A stretch of 64,000 bases of DNA from Sulfolobales archaeon (lineage in GTDB: Archaea; Thermoproteota; Thermoprotei_A; Sulfolobales; NBVN01). Below the pieces are notes generated by a model that was given only the letters and a program-made list of their open reading frames with translations, was not told the origin of the DNA and ran no database searches. Positions 9,492 through 17,930 of this stretch are shown in pieces. Made by a program: the position numbers and the translations under genes. The first letter of the stretch is position 1. Each line of letters starts with the position of its first letter. The stretch is from assembly GCA_026419835.1 (NCBI GenBank), contig JAOAKQ010000004.1, forward strand, positions 42,388-106,387, given 5' to 3'.

Positions 9492-10187
9492 CTAGACTCC
9501 GGCAGCTCTCCTCAGGAACGCTCTAGCCATTTCTGCGTGCTCCGGAGAGCCCTCCTTGTGGCACATCCACCAGTCGTAGCACGTGTACCGCTTCAGCCTC
9601 TCGCTAGCTTCATCAACGGTTCTCGCCGGCGGCACTATGACTCTATCGCCAACCAGTTCGTTATTGGGCCAGTTAGCCGGTATGGCGGCCTCCAGCTTGT
9701 CGCTCGCTTGTAGAGCCACTATTATCCTCAAGATCTCGTCGACGTTTCTCCCGAGCTCCTGCGGGTAGTAGAGTATGGTCCTGATATCGCCATTGGGGTC
9801 CACTACGAATACGGCTCTCACGGTGTGAGTAGCGCTTTGAGCGTGTAGAAGTCCCAGCTTCCTCGCTACTTCGGCGCCCGGGTCGGCTATGATCGGGAAC
9901 GGTATCTTAACGCCCAGGTTCTTCTCGATCCACTCAACCCACTTAATGTGGCTGAACGTGCTGTCGACGCTGTGACCGAGGAGCTCCGCGTTGAGCTTCT
10001 TGAAGTCCTCGTACCTCTTAGCGAAGGCCACGAACTCGGTGGTGCAGACCGGTGTGAAGTCAGCTGGGTGGCTGAAGAGCACTAGCCACCTACCCGCGTA
10101 GTCATCAGGCAGCTTCCTAACTCCGTGAGACGTCATAACAGTCATTTCGGGAAACTTCTCGCCTATGAGCGGTATTTGACCGGGCAC
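9492..10187 (-). CDS. peroxiredoxin (archaeal Prx/thioredoxin peroxidase type)
   Basis: [14 protein letters not shown] peroxidatic Cys motif, HIKWVEWI, and C-terminal Cys pair CYDWWMC. GTG start with TTTATATA about 34 nt upstream (10218-10225). Confidence 0.9.
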   Translation of the reverse strand: MPGQIPLIGEKFPEMTVMTSHGVRKLPDDYAGRWLVLFSHPADFTPVCTTEFVAFAKRYEDFKKLNAELLGHSVDSTFSHIKWVEWIEKNLGVKIPFPIIADPGAEVARKLGLLHAQSATHTVRAVFVVDPNGDIRTILYYPQELGRNVDEILRIIVALQASDKLEAAIPANWPNNELVGDRVIVPPARTVDEASERLKRYTCYDWWMCHKEGSPEHAEMARAFLRRAAGV

Positions 10188-10255
10188 ACGCTCACCGTTA
10201 AATATCTAACTCTTAGGTATATAAACTTTCTGTTAGCACTCGGAAACCGAATCGC

Positions 10256-10939
10256 TCAGGTAGATTTTCTAACTCTTCTTTCCTCGACGTACCTACCCCT
10301 CATTCTAATTTCGGCTACCTTCTCCAGGACCTTCCCAGCTACTTCGCTACCGACTACGCTGCGGTAGCCCCTCATGAAGCACTTCATCAGATCCTCCTTG
10401 GCGGAGTGGTGGGAGCTTTCGAGGACTCTGATCAGTAGGTGTACATCTACCGCCAGGTCCTCTACGTCCTCTACGTGCTTTGAGAGTCCTAGGTCTAGGA
10501 TGTAGACAGATCCGTCGGGTCTCAGTACGGCGTTTGACGTAGTTACATCTCCGTGGGAAACACCGAGTTTGTGCATCTTTCCAACTTCCCTGCCGAGTTC
10601 CACCATAGCTCGGCAGGCTTCCTCTCTCCCTAGAGCTTCTAGAGCGTTTCTGAGAACGGCTCCCTCCACTTTCTCCATAATTATCAGACCCTGCAGGGGG
10701 TCTACGAAGAGAACCCTGGGAACGCTCACACCGTACTGCTTCAGCATCAGCATGGTTCTAGCTTCGGCCGCAGTTCTCCTACTCACGATCTCCCGGTCTA
10801 GCTCCGGGGCCCTGTAGGGCTTTCTAAGTCTCAGCTTGAAGACAGCTCCGTACCCGAGGAACTCGCCTTCAGCTACGAGTGCTTCGGCACCTAGGTATAT
10901 GACTCTGCGCACTCTACCAATAGATATCGACTGAGTCAA
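10256..10939 (-). CDS. bud32: Kae1-associated kinase Bud32 (KEOPS subunit)
   Basis: Small RIO-like kinase with HGDVTTSN and ILDLGLS. It lies immediately after kae1. An alternative GTG start at 10912 would remove the 26-nt overlap. Confidence 0.8.
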   Translation of the reverse strand: MTQSISIGRVRRVIYLGAEALVAEGEFLGYGAVFKLRLRKPYRAPELDREIVSRRTAAEARTMLMLKQYGVSVPRVLFVDPLQGLIIMEKVEGAVLRNALEALGREEACRAMVELGREVGKMHKLGVSHGDVTTSNAVLRPDGSVYILDLGLSKHVEDVEDLAVDVHLLIRVLESSHHSAKEDLMKCFMRGYRSVVGSEVAGKVLEKVAEIRMRGRYVEERRVRKST

Positions 10940-11903
10940 GCCTCCACCTCTGCTTCACGGAGGCGTTTTCCGGCTCTACGGTAACTCCGTGCTTAAACAT
11001 CAGCAAACCCGTCCAGGCAATCATAACTCCGTTGTCTACTGCGTACTTCGGTGGCACTACGTACAGCTTCACACCCCTGTACTCAGCTAGAGCTCTGAAC
11101 TTCTCTACTAGGTACCTACTAGCGGCCACGCCGCCGACGAGTAGTATCTCCGACTTCCCCAGCTGAGCTAGGCCCCTCTCAGCTACTTCAACTAGAGATG
11201 AGTAGGCTACCTCCCTAGCACTAAAGCAAACATCCTCAACCCTCACACCACTCCTATAAGCTCTGAGAGCCGCCGTGAGGAGACCCGAGTAGGAGGTGTC
11301 CTGACCTTTAACAACGTACGGTAGCTCTACGTACTTACCTCCCTCAGCGCACCTATCGAGAGCGTGAACCCCGCCTACGACGTAGGGCGGCGCTAGGCCG
11401 AGCTCCCTAACTAGGGTATCCATGAAGTTCCCTAGAGCTATGTCTAGAGTCTCTCCGAAGACTCTGTACCTACCTCCATACCTAGCGGTAATCACTGTGT
11501 TGCCCCCGGATATGTAGACGACTAGAGGGTCTCCAGCTCCAGTCAGCATTCTACCTATCTCTACGTGAGCTACTGCGTGGTTCACTGGCACCAGGGGCTT
11601 ACCGTAGTACGTGGAGAGAGCTCTAGCGATAGTCGCACCGACCCTCAGGCAGGGACCTAGCCCAGGACCTAGAGCTACAGCCACCGCATCTACGGAGTCT
11701 ATAGCTACCTTAGCTTGAGACAGAGCTTCCCTGAGAACGCTGGGCGCGTTCTTAATGAAGCTATCGGCAGCTTCTCTAGGGTGTATACCGCCCTTAGAGG
11801 GTACGTAGCTAAATCTTGAGTCAGCTAGGATTCTAGGTTCATCAGAAACTATACCAACGCCGAAGGTGTGGGCCGTGGACTCGATACCGAGAACTAGAAC
11901 CAC
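10914..11903 (-). CDS. kae1: tRNA N6-adenosine threonylcarbamoyltransferase Kae1 (KEOPS)
   Basis: LGIESTAHTFGVGIV, HVEIG, YISGGNT, LVGGVAA motifs. I moved the start to the GTG at 11903 because the track N-terminus (to 11957) overlaps the rps27ae gene found at 11912-12091. Confidence 0.9.
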   Translation of the reverse strand: MVLVLGIESTAHTFGVGIVSDEPRILADSRFSYVPSKGGIHPREAADSFIKNAPSVLREALSQAKVAIDSVDAVAVALGPGLGPCLRVGATIARALSTYYGKPLVPVNHAVAHVEIGRMLTGAGDPLVVYISGGNTVITARYGGRYRVFGETLDIALGNFMDTLVRELGLAPPYVVGGVHALDRCAEGGKYVELPYVVKGQDTSYSGLLTAALRAYRSGVRVEDVCFSAREVAYSSLVEVAERGLAQLGKSEILLVGGVAASRYLVEKFRALAEYRGVKLYVVPPKYAVDNGVMIAWTGLLMFKHGVTVEPENASVKQRWRLDSVDIYW

Positions 11904-11911
11904 TAAACCAC

Positions 11912-12091
11912 CTAGAGCCTCGCAACCTCCGTATAGCTGCAGTAGCCGCAGTGCCACCTAGGCGCGGGGCTTCTGTGGAGGGCCATAACCCTACCGCACT
12001 TAGGGCACACCCTGTTCTTGAGTCTAGCTACCCCCCTCCTAGGGTCTATCTCGTAGAGACGGCTTCTGAAGGCCTTACCCTCCCTACTCAA
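11912..12091 (-). CDS. rps27ae: 30S ribosomal protein S27ae (59 aa, below the ORF-track cutoff)
   Basis: My translation reads (TTG)MSREGKAFRSRLYEIDPRRGVARLKNRVCPKCGRVMALHRSPAPRWHCGYCSYTEVARL*. It has the CPxCG...HCGxC zinc ribbon and sits 3 nt after the rps24e stop, the conserved S24e-S27ae pairing. Confidence 0.85.
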   Translation of the reverse strand: MSREGKAFRSRLYEIDPRRGVARLKNRVCPKCGRVMALHRSPAPRWHCGYCSYTEVARL

Positions 12092-12094
12092 TCG

Positions 12095-12424
12095 CTACAC
12101 CCCGGCACCGTGCCTCTTCAAAATGTGCTCGGGCTCGAAGCTCTTCAACCTATCTAAGTCTTCGTATACGTGAGCGTAGACCTTCGTCACACCAACACCG
12201 TACTCCGTCTCAACCCTCCTAACGACAACTAGCTCAACACTCCTCGCGTAGATTCTACTCAGCGCCTCAGCTAGAGCTCTTCTACTCGGAGTCGGCTGAC
12301 CTTGGTGACTTACAACAGCTTCAACCTCCACTCTACGAACGAGCTTATTGTACTTCTCGGAAACTACCCTCATCTCCCCACTACCTACTCTAGCTACCTT
12401 CTCCCGGTCTCTACTCACCTTCAA
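12095..12424 (-). CDS. rps24e: 30S ribosomal protein S24e
   Basis: ...RRVEVEAVVSHQGQPTPSRRALAEALSRIYARSVELVVVRRVETEYGVGVTKVYAHVYED...; TATA-like AAAGTATTTAAG upstream. Confidence 0.9.
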   Translation of the reverse strand: MKVSRDREKVARVGSGEMRVVSEKYNKLVRRVEVEAVVSHQGQPTPSRRALAEALSRIYARSVELVVVRRVETEYGVGVTKVYAHVYEDLDRLKSFEPEHILKRHGAGV

Positions 12425-12480
12425 CCGACCGTAGATGTCTGAAGCGGATTGACTTAAATACTTTAACTAGGTTCTAGTCA

Positions 12481-13596
12481 TCATAGAGAACTACCGCCTC
12501 TTAGGAAGTTCTTGACTAGCTTCGATACGTGGATTACGTCTTCTTCTCTAAGACCTGGGTGCAGTGGGAGGGATAGTACGTGCTTCGACGCCTTTTCGGA
12601 GGCTTCGCAGCAGTTCCGCGCCTTCTTGGCGTTGGCTAGCGCTGGCTGTCTGTGTAGGGGGGTTGGGTAGTGAATGGCCGTCTCGACGTTGTTTCTCCTC
12701 AGGAACTCAGCTAGTTTATCGCGAACGCCCTCCCCCTCAACCCGGATAGTGAAGAGGTTGTAGACGTGCTTAGCCCACGACTTCTCTACTGGTAGTCTGA
12801 GCTGTGGGAGAGCGCTCAGCTCCTCTAGGTAGATTCTAGCTAGCTTCCTCCTCCTCTCGTTCATCTCCTCGACCCTCCTCAACTGTGAGAGTCCTAGCGC
12901 CGCCTCTATGTTGCTCATCCTCATGTTCCACCCAAGCTCTACGTGGTAGTAGCGAGATCTCTGGCCGTGGTTTCTCAGTAGTCTAACTAAGTCCGCAGCG
13001 CTATCCATATCGGTCGCAACGGCACCTCCCTCACCAGTAGTTATGCTCTTAGTCGGGTAGAAGCTAAAGGCAGCTGCGTGACCTAGACTACCGACCTTCC
13101 TCCCCCTGAACTCAGCTCCCAGTGCCTGGGCGCAATCCTCCACTACGTAGAGGTTCCTCTCTCTAGCAATCCCGAGCACTGAGTCCATGTCGGCTGGGTG
13201 TCCGTATAGGTGCACCGGGACCACAGCTCTAGTTCTATCGCTTACAGCTTCTTCTAATCGCTCTACGTCTATCGAGTAAGTGTCTAGCTCTATATCCACT
13301 AGCACTGGCACGGCACCGGTGTGGAAGACGGTCGAGGCCGTGGCGAAGAAAGTGAAGTCGGGCACCACGACTTCGTCTCCGGGACCTACTCCGAGGGCTT
13401 TCATAGATAGGTAGAGAGCTACCGTTCCATTAGCTACCGCTACAGCGTGCTTCACACCAAGGTACCTGGCTAGCTCCTTCTCGAACTCCTCCCCGACCCT
13501 ACCGAACGCGAGCGTACCGGAGCGCAGAACTTCCACAACGGCCCTGATGTCGTCATTGGTTATGTGCGGTGCGCTAACTCTTATCAAGCGCATCAA
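12481..13596 (-). CDS. DegT/DnrJ/EryC1/StrS family PLP-dependent sugar aminotransferase
   Basis: FEKELARYLGVKHAVAVANGTVAL...GDEVVVPDFTFFATA...FSFYPTKSITTGEGG pattern. Confidence 0.85.
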   Translation of the reverse strand: MMRLIRVSAPHITNDDIRAVVEVLRSGTLAFGRVGEEFEKELARYLGVKHAVAVANGTVALYLSMKALGVGPGDEVVVPDFTFFATASTVFHTGAVPVLVDIELDTYSIDVERLEEAVSDRTRAVVPVHLYGHPADMDSVLGIARERNLYVVEDCAQALGAEFRGRKVGSLGHAAAFSFYPTKSITTGEGGAVATDMDSAADLVRLLRNHGQRSRYYHVELGWNMRMSNIEAALGLSQLRRVEEMNERRRKLARIYLEELSALPQLRLPVEKSWAKHVYNLFTIRVEGEGVRDKLAEFLRRNNVETAIHYPTPLHRQPALANAKKARNCCEASEKASKHVLSLPLHPGLREEDVIHVSKLVKNFLRGGSSL

Positions 13597-13709
13597 CCAC
13601 GAACCAGTCTACGAGAACCAAATAAGCTCGGTGAAGCGAGGAGGTCCGAACTCGGAGAAGCCCCGTTCGCGTCATCCTTATATCGCACACATAGAATACT
13701 ACTGTAGTA

Positions 13710-14537
13710 GTGATGGGCGTGCTAGTGAAGTTACTAAATAGAGTGTTTAAGAGTCCGCTGAGAACTCTACTCAAGCCCGTGTACAAGCTCTACGAGAAAC
13801 TCCTCTGGGAGGAGGTTAGGTCCGGCCCTTTGCCCAGGCACGTTGCTATAATTCCCGACGGCAACAGGAGGTGGGCTAGGGAGCTCGGGCTAGACCCCAG
13901 CGTAGGTCACGAGTACGGGTACAGGAAAGTCGAGGAGGTTCTGAGAGTTCTGTGGAAGCTCGGAGTTAGAGTAGTGACAATCTACGCTATGTCCTCGGAG
14001 AACTGTGTTAGGAGGGATCCAGCGGAGAGGAAGCACCTCTTCGACTTAATCGAGAGAGCTATTAGAGATATGGAGAGTAGTGAGGAGATTAAGGAGAAGA
14101 GAATTAGGGTGAAGGTGTTCGGTAGGCTGGACCTAGTTCCACCAGAACTAGTATCTAGAATTCGCGAAATAGAAGCTAAGACGGAAAGCTACGACGGCGG
14201 CGTACTGAACGTAGCTCTATGCTACGGCGGTCGCGACGAGATTCTAAGAGCTGTAAGAGAGATAGCTAGAGATTCTGTAGCTGGGAGAGTAAACCCCGAC
14301 GGCATAGATGAGTCGACGTTTAGGTCCTACCTGTACACATCACATCTCGGCGACCTGGGGGACCCGGACTTAGTGATTAGAACGTCCGGGGAAGTACGTA
14401 TAAGCAACTTCCTTTTATGGCAGATCGCCTACAGCGAGCTCTACTTCTGTGAAGTGTACTGGCCGGGGTTTAGAGTGATAGATCTGCTGAGAGCTATTAG
14501 AGACTACCAGAAAAGAGAGAGAAGATTTGGTGCCTAG
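13710..14537 (+). CDS. uppS: cis-prenyltransferase (undecaprenyl/di-trans,poly-cis-polyprenyl diphosphate synthase)
   Basis: HVAIIPDGNRRWA, TIYAMSSEN, IRTSGEVRISNFLLWQIAYSELYF, RRFG. TTATAT box at 13678-13683, about 30 nt upstream. Confidence 0.9.
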   Translation: MMGVLVKLLNRVFKSPLRTLLKPVYKLYEKLLWEEVRSGPLPRHVAIIPDGNRRWARELGLDPSVGHEYGYRKVEEVLRVLWKLGVRVVTIYAMSSENCVRRDPAERKHLFDLIERAIRDMESSEEIKEKRIRVKVFGRLDLVPPELVSRIREIEAKTESYDGGVLNVALCYGGRDEILRAVREIARDSVAGRVNPDGIDESTFRSYLYTSHLGDLGDPDLVIRTSGEVRISNFLLWQIAYSELYFCEVYWPGFRVIDLLRAIRDYQKRERRFGA

Positions 14538-14545
14538 GTCGGTAC

Positions 14546-15409
14546 CTACAGGCAGACCTCGATTAAAACCCCGTCGATTACGTCCTTATACCTGTTTCTA
14601 ATAGTTACTTCGGAAACCTCTGTATCTCTAGCAATTGCTGATTGGGTTTTTCTCGCGTCTAGTAGTATGGAGGCTACGTAGAGAGAGGCGACAGCTACTC
14701 CGTGAGGTCCCTTACTTAGGAGCGTGCCGGAAGCTCTACCAGCTTCTACTACTCTTATAGCTAGCGTAGCTACCTGGCTGTGCAGTCCAGCTCTCTGTGC
14801 GTAAGTTAGTACTAGGGTTCTAGGGTCGTAGCACCTAGACTTAGCTATTCCGAGGTCTCTCTTAATCTTTATTAGGGCGTTCCACACATCGCTCATAGTC
14901 GTGCCGCAGTAATTTAAGACCTTCCTGGCGTCTACCGGGATGTTTAGATTCTCGGCTGCGCATATTATTGAGGCAGCTACGAAAGCTCCGAGCCTCTTAC
15001 GTCCCAGAGCGCCGTTTTTAACTAGTCTTCTAAGTACTAGACCTACTTCCTCCTTAAGTCTAGAGGCTCCCGGCGCGGAGAGCTTGTTGATCACCTCGTT
15101 AGAGAGCTTCAAAGCCTTGGAGAGCTTTCTCTCCCTACCGGAAACAACTCTACTCATACTGTTAAGTTCCGATAGCTTTCTACCGATCAGAGTACTAGTA
15201 TCGATCTCCGTGTGTAGACCCATGTCGTGAACTTTCAGTGTGTTGGGTATCTCACCGCGCTCTCTATTGCTCAGAGCCGAGAACGACCTCCACTCCTTAC
15301 CTACGTCAACCATCCTCTCCTCAATTACTTCACCGGTTTCAGCGCATATGTACTCCCCTCTAAACTCGTCGAAGACCACCATATCCTTCCTGCAGTTCAA
15401 GAAGACCAC
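14546..15409 (-). CDS. tfb: transcription initiation factor B (TFB) paralog with degenerate Zn ribbon
   Basis: B-reader/linker DVGKEWRSFS...KVHDMGLHTEI plus two cyclin repeats. The N-terminus has CRKD...CAET where CxxC...CxxC is expected. Confidence 0.85.
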   Translation of the reverse strand: MVFLNCRKDMVVFDEFRGEYICAETGEVIEERMVDVGKEWRSFSALSNRERGEIPNTLKVHDMGLHTEIDTSTLIGRKLSELNSMSRVVSGRERKLSKALKLSNEVINKLSAPGASRLKEEVGLVLRRLVKNGALGRKRLGAFVAASIICAAENLNIPVDARKVLNYCGTTMSDVWNALIKIKRDLGIAKSRCYDPRTLVLTYAQRAGLHSQVATLAIRVVEAGRASGTLLSKGPHGVAVASLYVASILLDARKTQSAIARDTEVSEVTIRNRYKDVIDGVLIEVCL

Positions 15410-15633
15410 CTAACGAAGAGTTCTTCGTACTTACTCAACTCTAAACCCTGCTTAGATGGCTTTACAATCGCGTACGGAGCCTTAACAGGCCCTATAACAT
15501 CGACTACAACCCCGACTACCTCACTTCTCGAGTTAACGACCTTGGAGCCCAGCCTGGGGGGCTTCGGAGAGCTCAACTTAACTAAGAGTCTACCGGAGGG
15601 GGTTCTATGAAGGAAGTAGCCTAAGCGCTTCAA
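15397..15633 (-). CDS. gar1: H/ACA RNP protein Gar1
   Basis: MKRLGYFLHRTPSGRLLVK...VVGVVVDVIGPVKAPYAIVKP. It overlaps the tfb start by 13 nt; gar1-tfb linkage is common in archaea. Confidence 0.85.
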   Translation of the reverse strand: MKRLGYFLHRTPSGRLLVKLSSPKPPRLGSKVVNSRSEVVGVVVDVIGPVKAPYAIVKPSKQGLELSKYEELFVRWSS

Positions 15634-15977
15634 GGAGTCACCATCTTAAAGTATCTTCAGAGAGGAGTTAAAACAGTTACATGTTTAATACCTAGCTGAA
15701 GACAGCTGGTATTACTCAGACCTAGAGGAGAATTCCGGAGGGGGATTAGAGGTATTACCACACTAATATTAAATTACAGTATTACCGCGACATCACCTAG
15801 CTCGTGTGGGGAGAGAGTGCTTCAGCAGTTTTCAAGACGTACCTCGCAGTTATCGTTCACTGCAGTGACTGCTACGTGATTCGATTTAAGAACGTGCGCG
15901 CATGGTACTCTTCCGGGTAGCGCGCGTTAGCTGTAGGACTACGTTAGTGGGTGTGTTGAATACAGTTCCAGCGGCAC

Positions 15978-16805
15978 TTAACGCTTAACTAGATTCTTGA
16001 GTTGCCCGAGCTTCCTCATTACAACTATAGTCAGTGCCAGCACCAGTGCGAATATCGCTGAAGTAGCTGCTAGGAGAACTAGGGGTAGCGTATCTACCGC
16101 AGCTACTCGAGGTGTTGTTTCAGCACTAGCTCCTATGCTCGTGAGGTTGAGGAAGTTCAGCTTAACTAGTCTTACTCTCATAGTGACGTCGGACCTAGCT
16201 TCTGCGATACCTCCTTGAGTAACTGCGAGTAGCTCTACGAGAACGCCGGTCGGGCAGTCGTAGATTAGCTCAGCTCGCGGTGACGCTACTCTGTACCTAA
16301 CCCCACTCCCGACTACGACGCCGTCTAGCTTAAACTCCTGGCACACTTCACTGCTCGTATTCTCTACGATTTTGTACCACCTTGAGACTGAATTTAGAAA
16401 CAGCGTTACGGCTTCTCTAGGTAGAACTACGTTAACCGTCACGCCCTCAGATGGGGGTACGTAGAGTAGGTTTATGAAGTGCTTGCTCAAGTTGGCTAAG
16501 TAGAGAGTTGCTAGTGCGTGGAGAAAGATTACGTCGCTCGATGTGAATGAGTACGTTACGTCCCCAGCTAGAGCGCTCACTATATAGTGAGTCCTGTTCA
16601 TCTTCTCGATGACTATGTGGAGTGCGTAGGTGTTTAACGCAGTACCTCTCCCAGCGACTGTAGATACGTTTACTGCGTAGACGATCTCGTACATCATGTA
16701 GATCGAGTCACCTCTGAATCTATCTAAAACACTCCAAGCACTAGCGGGTACTGCCACTAGTGACGTGACTAGGAGTACTACTAGAGCGGTAAGTACGGGC
16801 TTCAT
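15978..16805 (-). CDS. hypothetical surface (glyco)protein: signal peptide plus C-terminal TM anchor
   Basis: N-terminal MKPVLTALVVLLVTSLVAVPASA, several N-x-S/T sequons, and a C-terminal hydrophobic helix followed by a basic tail. Confidence 0.5.
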   Translation of the reverse strand: MKPVLTALVVLLVTSLVAVPASAWSVLDRFRGDSIYMMYEIVYAVNVSTVAGRGTALNTYALHIVIEKMNRTHYIVSALAGDVTYSFTSSDVIFLHALATLYLANLSKHFINLLYVPPSEGVTVNVVLPREAVTLFLNSVSRWYKIVENTSSEVCQEFKLDGVVVGSGVRYRVASPRAELIYDCPTGVLVELLAVTQGGIAEARSDVTMRVRLVKLNFLNLTSIGASAETTPRVAAVDTLPLVLLAATSAIFALVLALTIVVMRKLGQLKNLVKR

Positions 16806-16848
16806 ATATTTACCCCACGCACTCTACGTATTGGTAAAATAAGTAGGT

Positions 16849-16897
16849 GTGATGAAGCACGAGCGGGATGATAAGTGATTAGTAGCAAACCGACTGA
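16849..16897 (+). ncRNA. candidate C/D-box sRNA
   Basis: GTGATGA(C) - 12 nt - ATGA(D') - 3 nt - GTGATTA(C') - 12 nt - CTGA(D). ATATATTTA box at 16804-16812, about 40 nt upstream of the C box. It overlaps the first 23 nt of the track ORF 16875. Confidence 0.55.
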
Positions 16898-17930
16898 GCA
16901 CTTCTTAGACCACGACCAAGTGGAAGATCTCGATAGGCGAATCTACGTAGTCGTTGGAAATACCCACCCACCGAACTCAGTCATAGCCTACGTTAAGTAC
17001 GTACCGACCGAACGCAGTACTCTCTGGTGCCGCGGCTCGGTATGCTACGAGAGGGTAATCAGAAGATACGGAGTGGACAGTGTCTTGAGCGTAGCTAAGA
17101 CGCTCCAGGAGGAAGTGTACGAACCATCTCTCGGTGTGTCGGTCCCCGTAGTTAAGCTGAAGGACGTGGCGGCCGTCTACAGACCCCGGGAGAGGTTTGA
17201 GGAGATACTGAGAAGGCCGGCTGATCGGGTGGAGTTGGATGTGCTGATAGCGTTCGATAGAGTGAGAGCGAGTTCCGGAGTGCCTTCGTGGAGAGTAGGT
17301 ATCAGCGGGTCTATAGCTATCGGCATACACAACCCCCTGGTATCGGACGTAGATCTGGTGATATACGGATGCAGAGAAGCGCTAGACGTAGTAGAGTCGG
17401 TGCGCAACTCATTTGATAAAGTACCGGACGAGGTGGAAGCGGTTAGACTAGCCGGAATGTCTAGAACGTACGGACTCCCAATACAAGTAATTCGCTCTAT
17501 TTCAGCTCCATACAAGAGACTCTACATGCGAGACAGGAAGAGGGAAGTAAATTTGATGTTCTCCAGCGACAGACCGGGAAGGTACTGTGAGAGCGTTCTA
17601 GTTCCAGTAGCTCTCGCAGAAGCGGATGTCGTAATCAACTCAGCCGACTGCCACTCCCTGTTCTACCCTGGAGTATCGAGCGTAGATAGAGTGGTAGACC
17701 TAAAGATCTTTAAAATCATTCGGGACGACTACGTGAACTCACTGAAGCGGTCCAAACTAGCTAAGATAGTAACGTACGAATCTCTATACTCCTACCCCCT
17801 CTACAGAGGAGGGGAAATTAGAGTAAGAGGAGTTGTGAGTGTTGAAAAACCTTCTGAAGACCTCGTAATGACTGTCGGAACTAGAGAAGTAGATAGCTAC
17901 GCTATACCGAAAAAACTATCTTCTAGCTAA
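16875..17930 (+). CDS. predicted nucleotidyltransferase (Pol-beta fold); start may be the GTG at 16920
   Basis: GISGSIAIGIHNPLVSDVDLVIYG fits the GS-x(n)-DxD minimal nucleotidyltransferase signature. The rest is unassigned. Confidence 0.5.
   Translation: MISSKPTEHFLDHDQVEDLDRRIYVVVGNTHPPNSVIAYVKYVPTERSTLWCRGSVCYERVIRRYGVDSVLSVAKTLQEEVYEPSLGVSVPVVKLKDVAAVYRPRERFEEILRRPADRVELDVLIAFDRVRASSGVPSWRVGISGSIAIGIHNPLVSDVDLVIYGCREALDVVESVRNSFDKVPDEVEAVRLAGMSRTYGLPIQVIRSISAPYKRLYMRDRKREVNLMFSSDRPGRYCESVLVPVALAEADVVINSADCHSLFYPGVSSVDRVVDLKIFKIIRDDYVNSLKRSKLAKIVTYESLYSYPLYRGGEIRVRGVVSVEKPSEDLVMTVGTREVDSYAIPKKLSSS

Noticed and set aside
11951-12157. 68-aa plus-strand ORF
   Set aside because: Antisense to rps27ae and rps24e, both of which have strong family matches.
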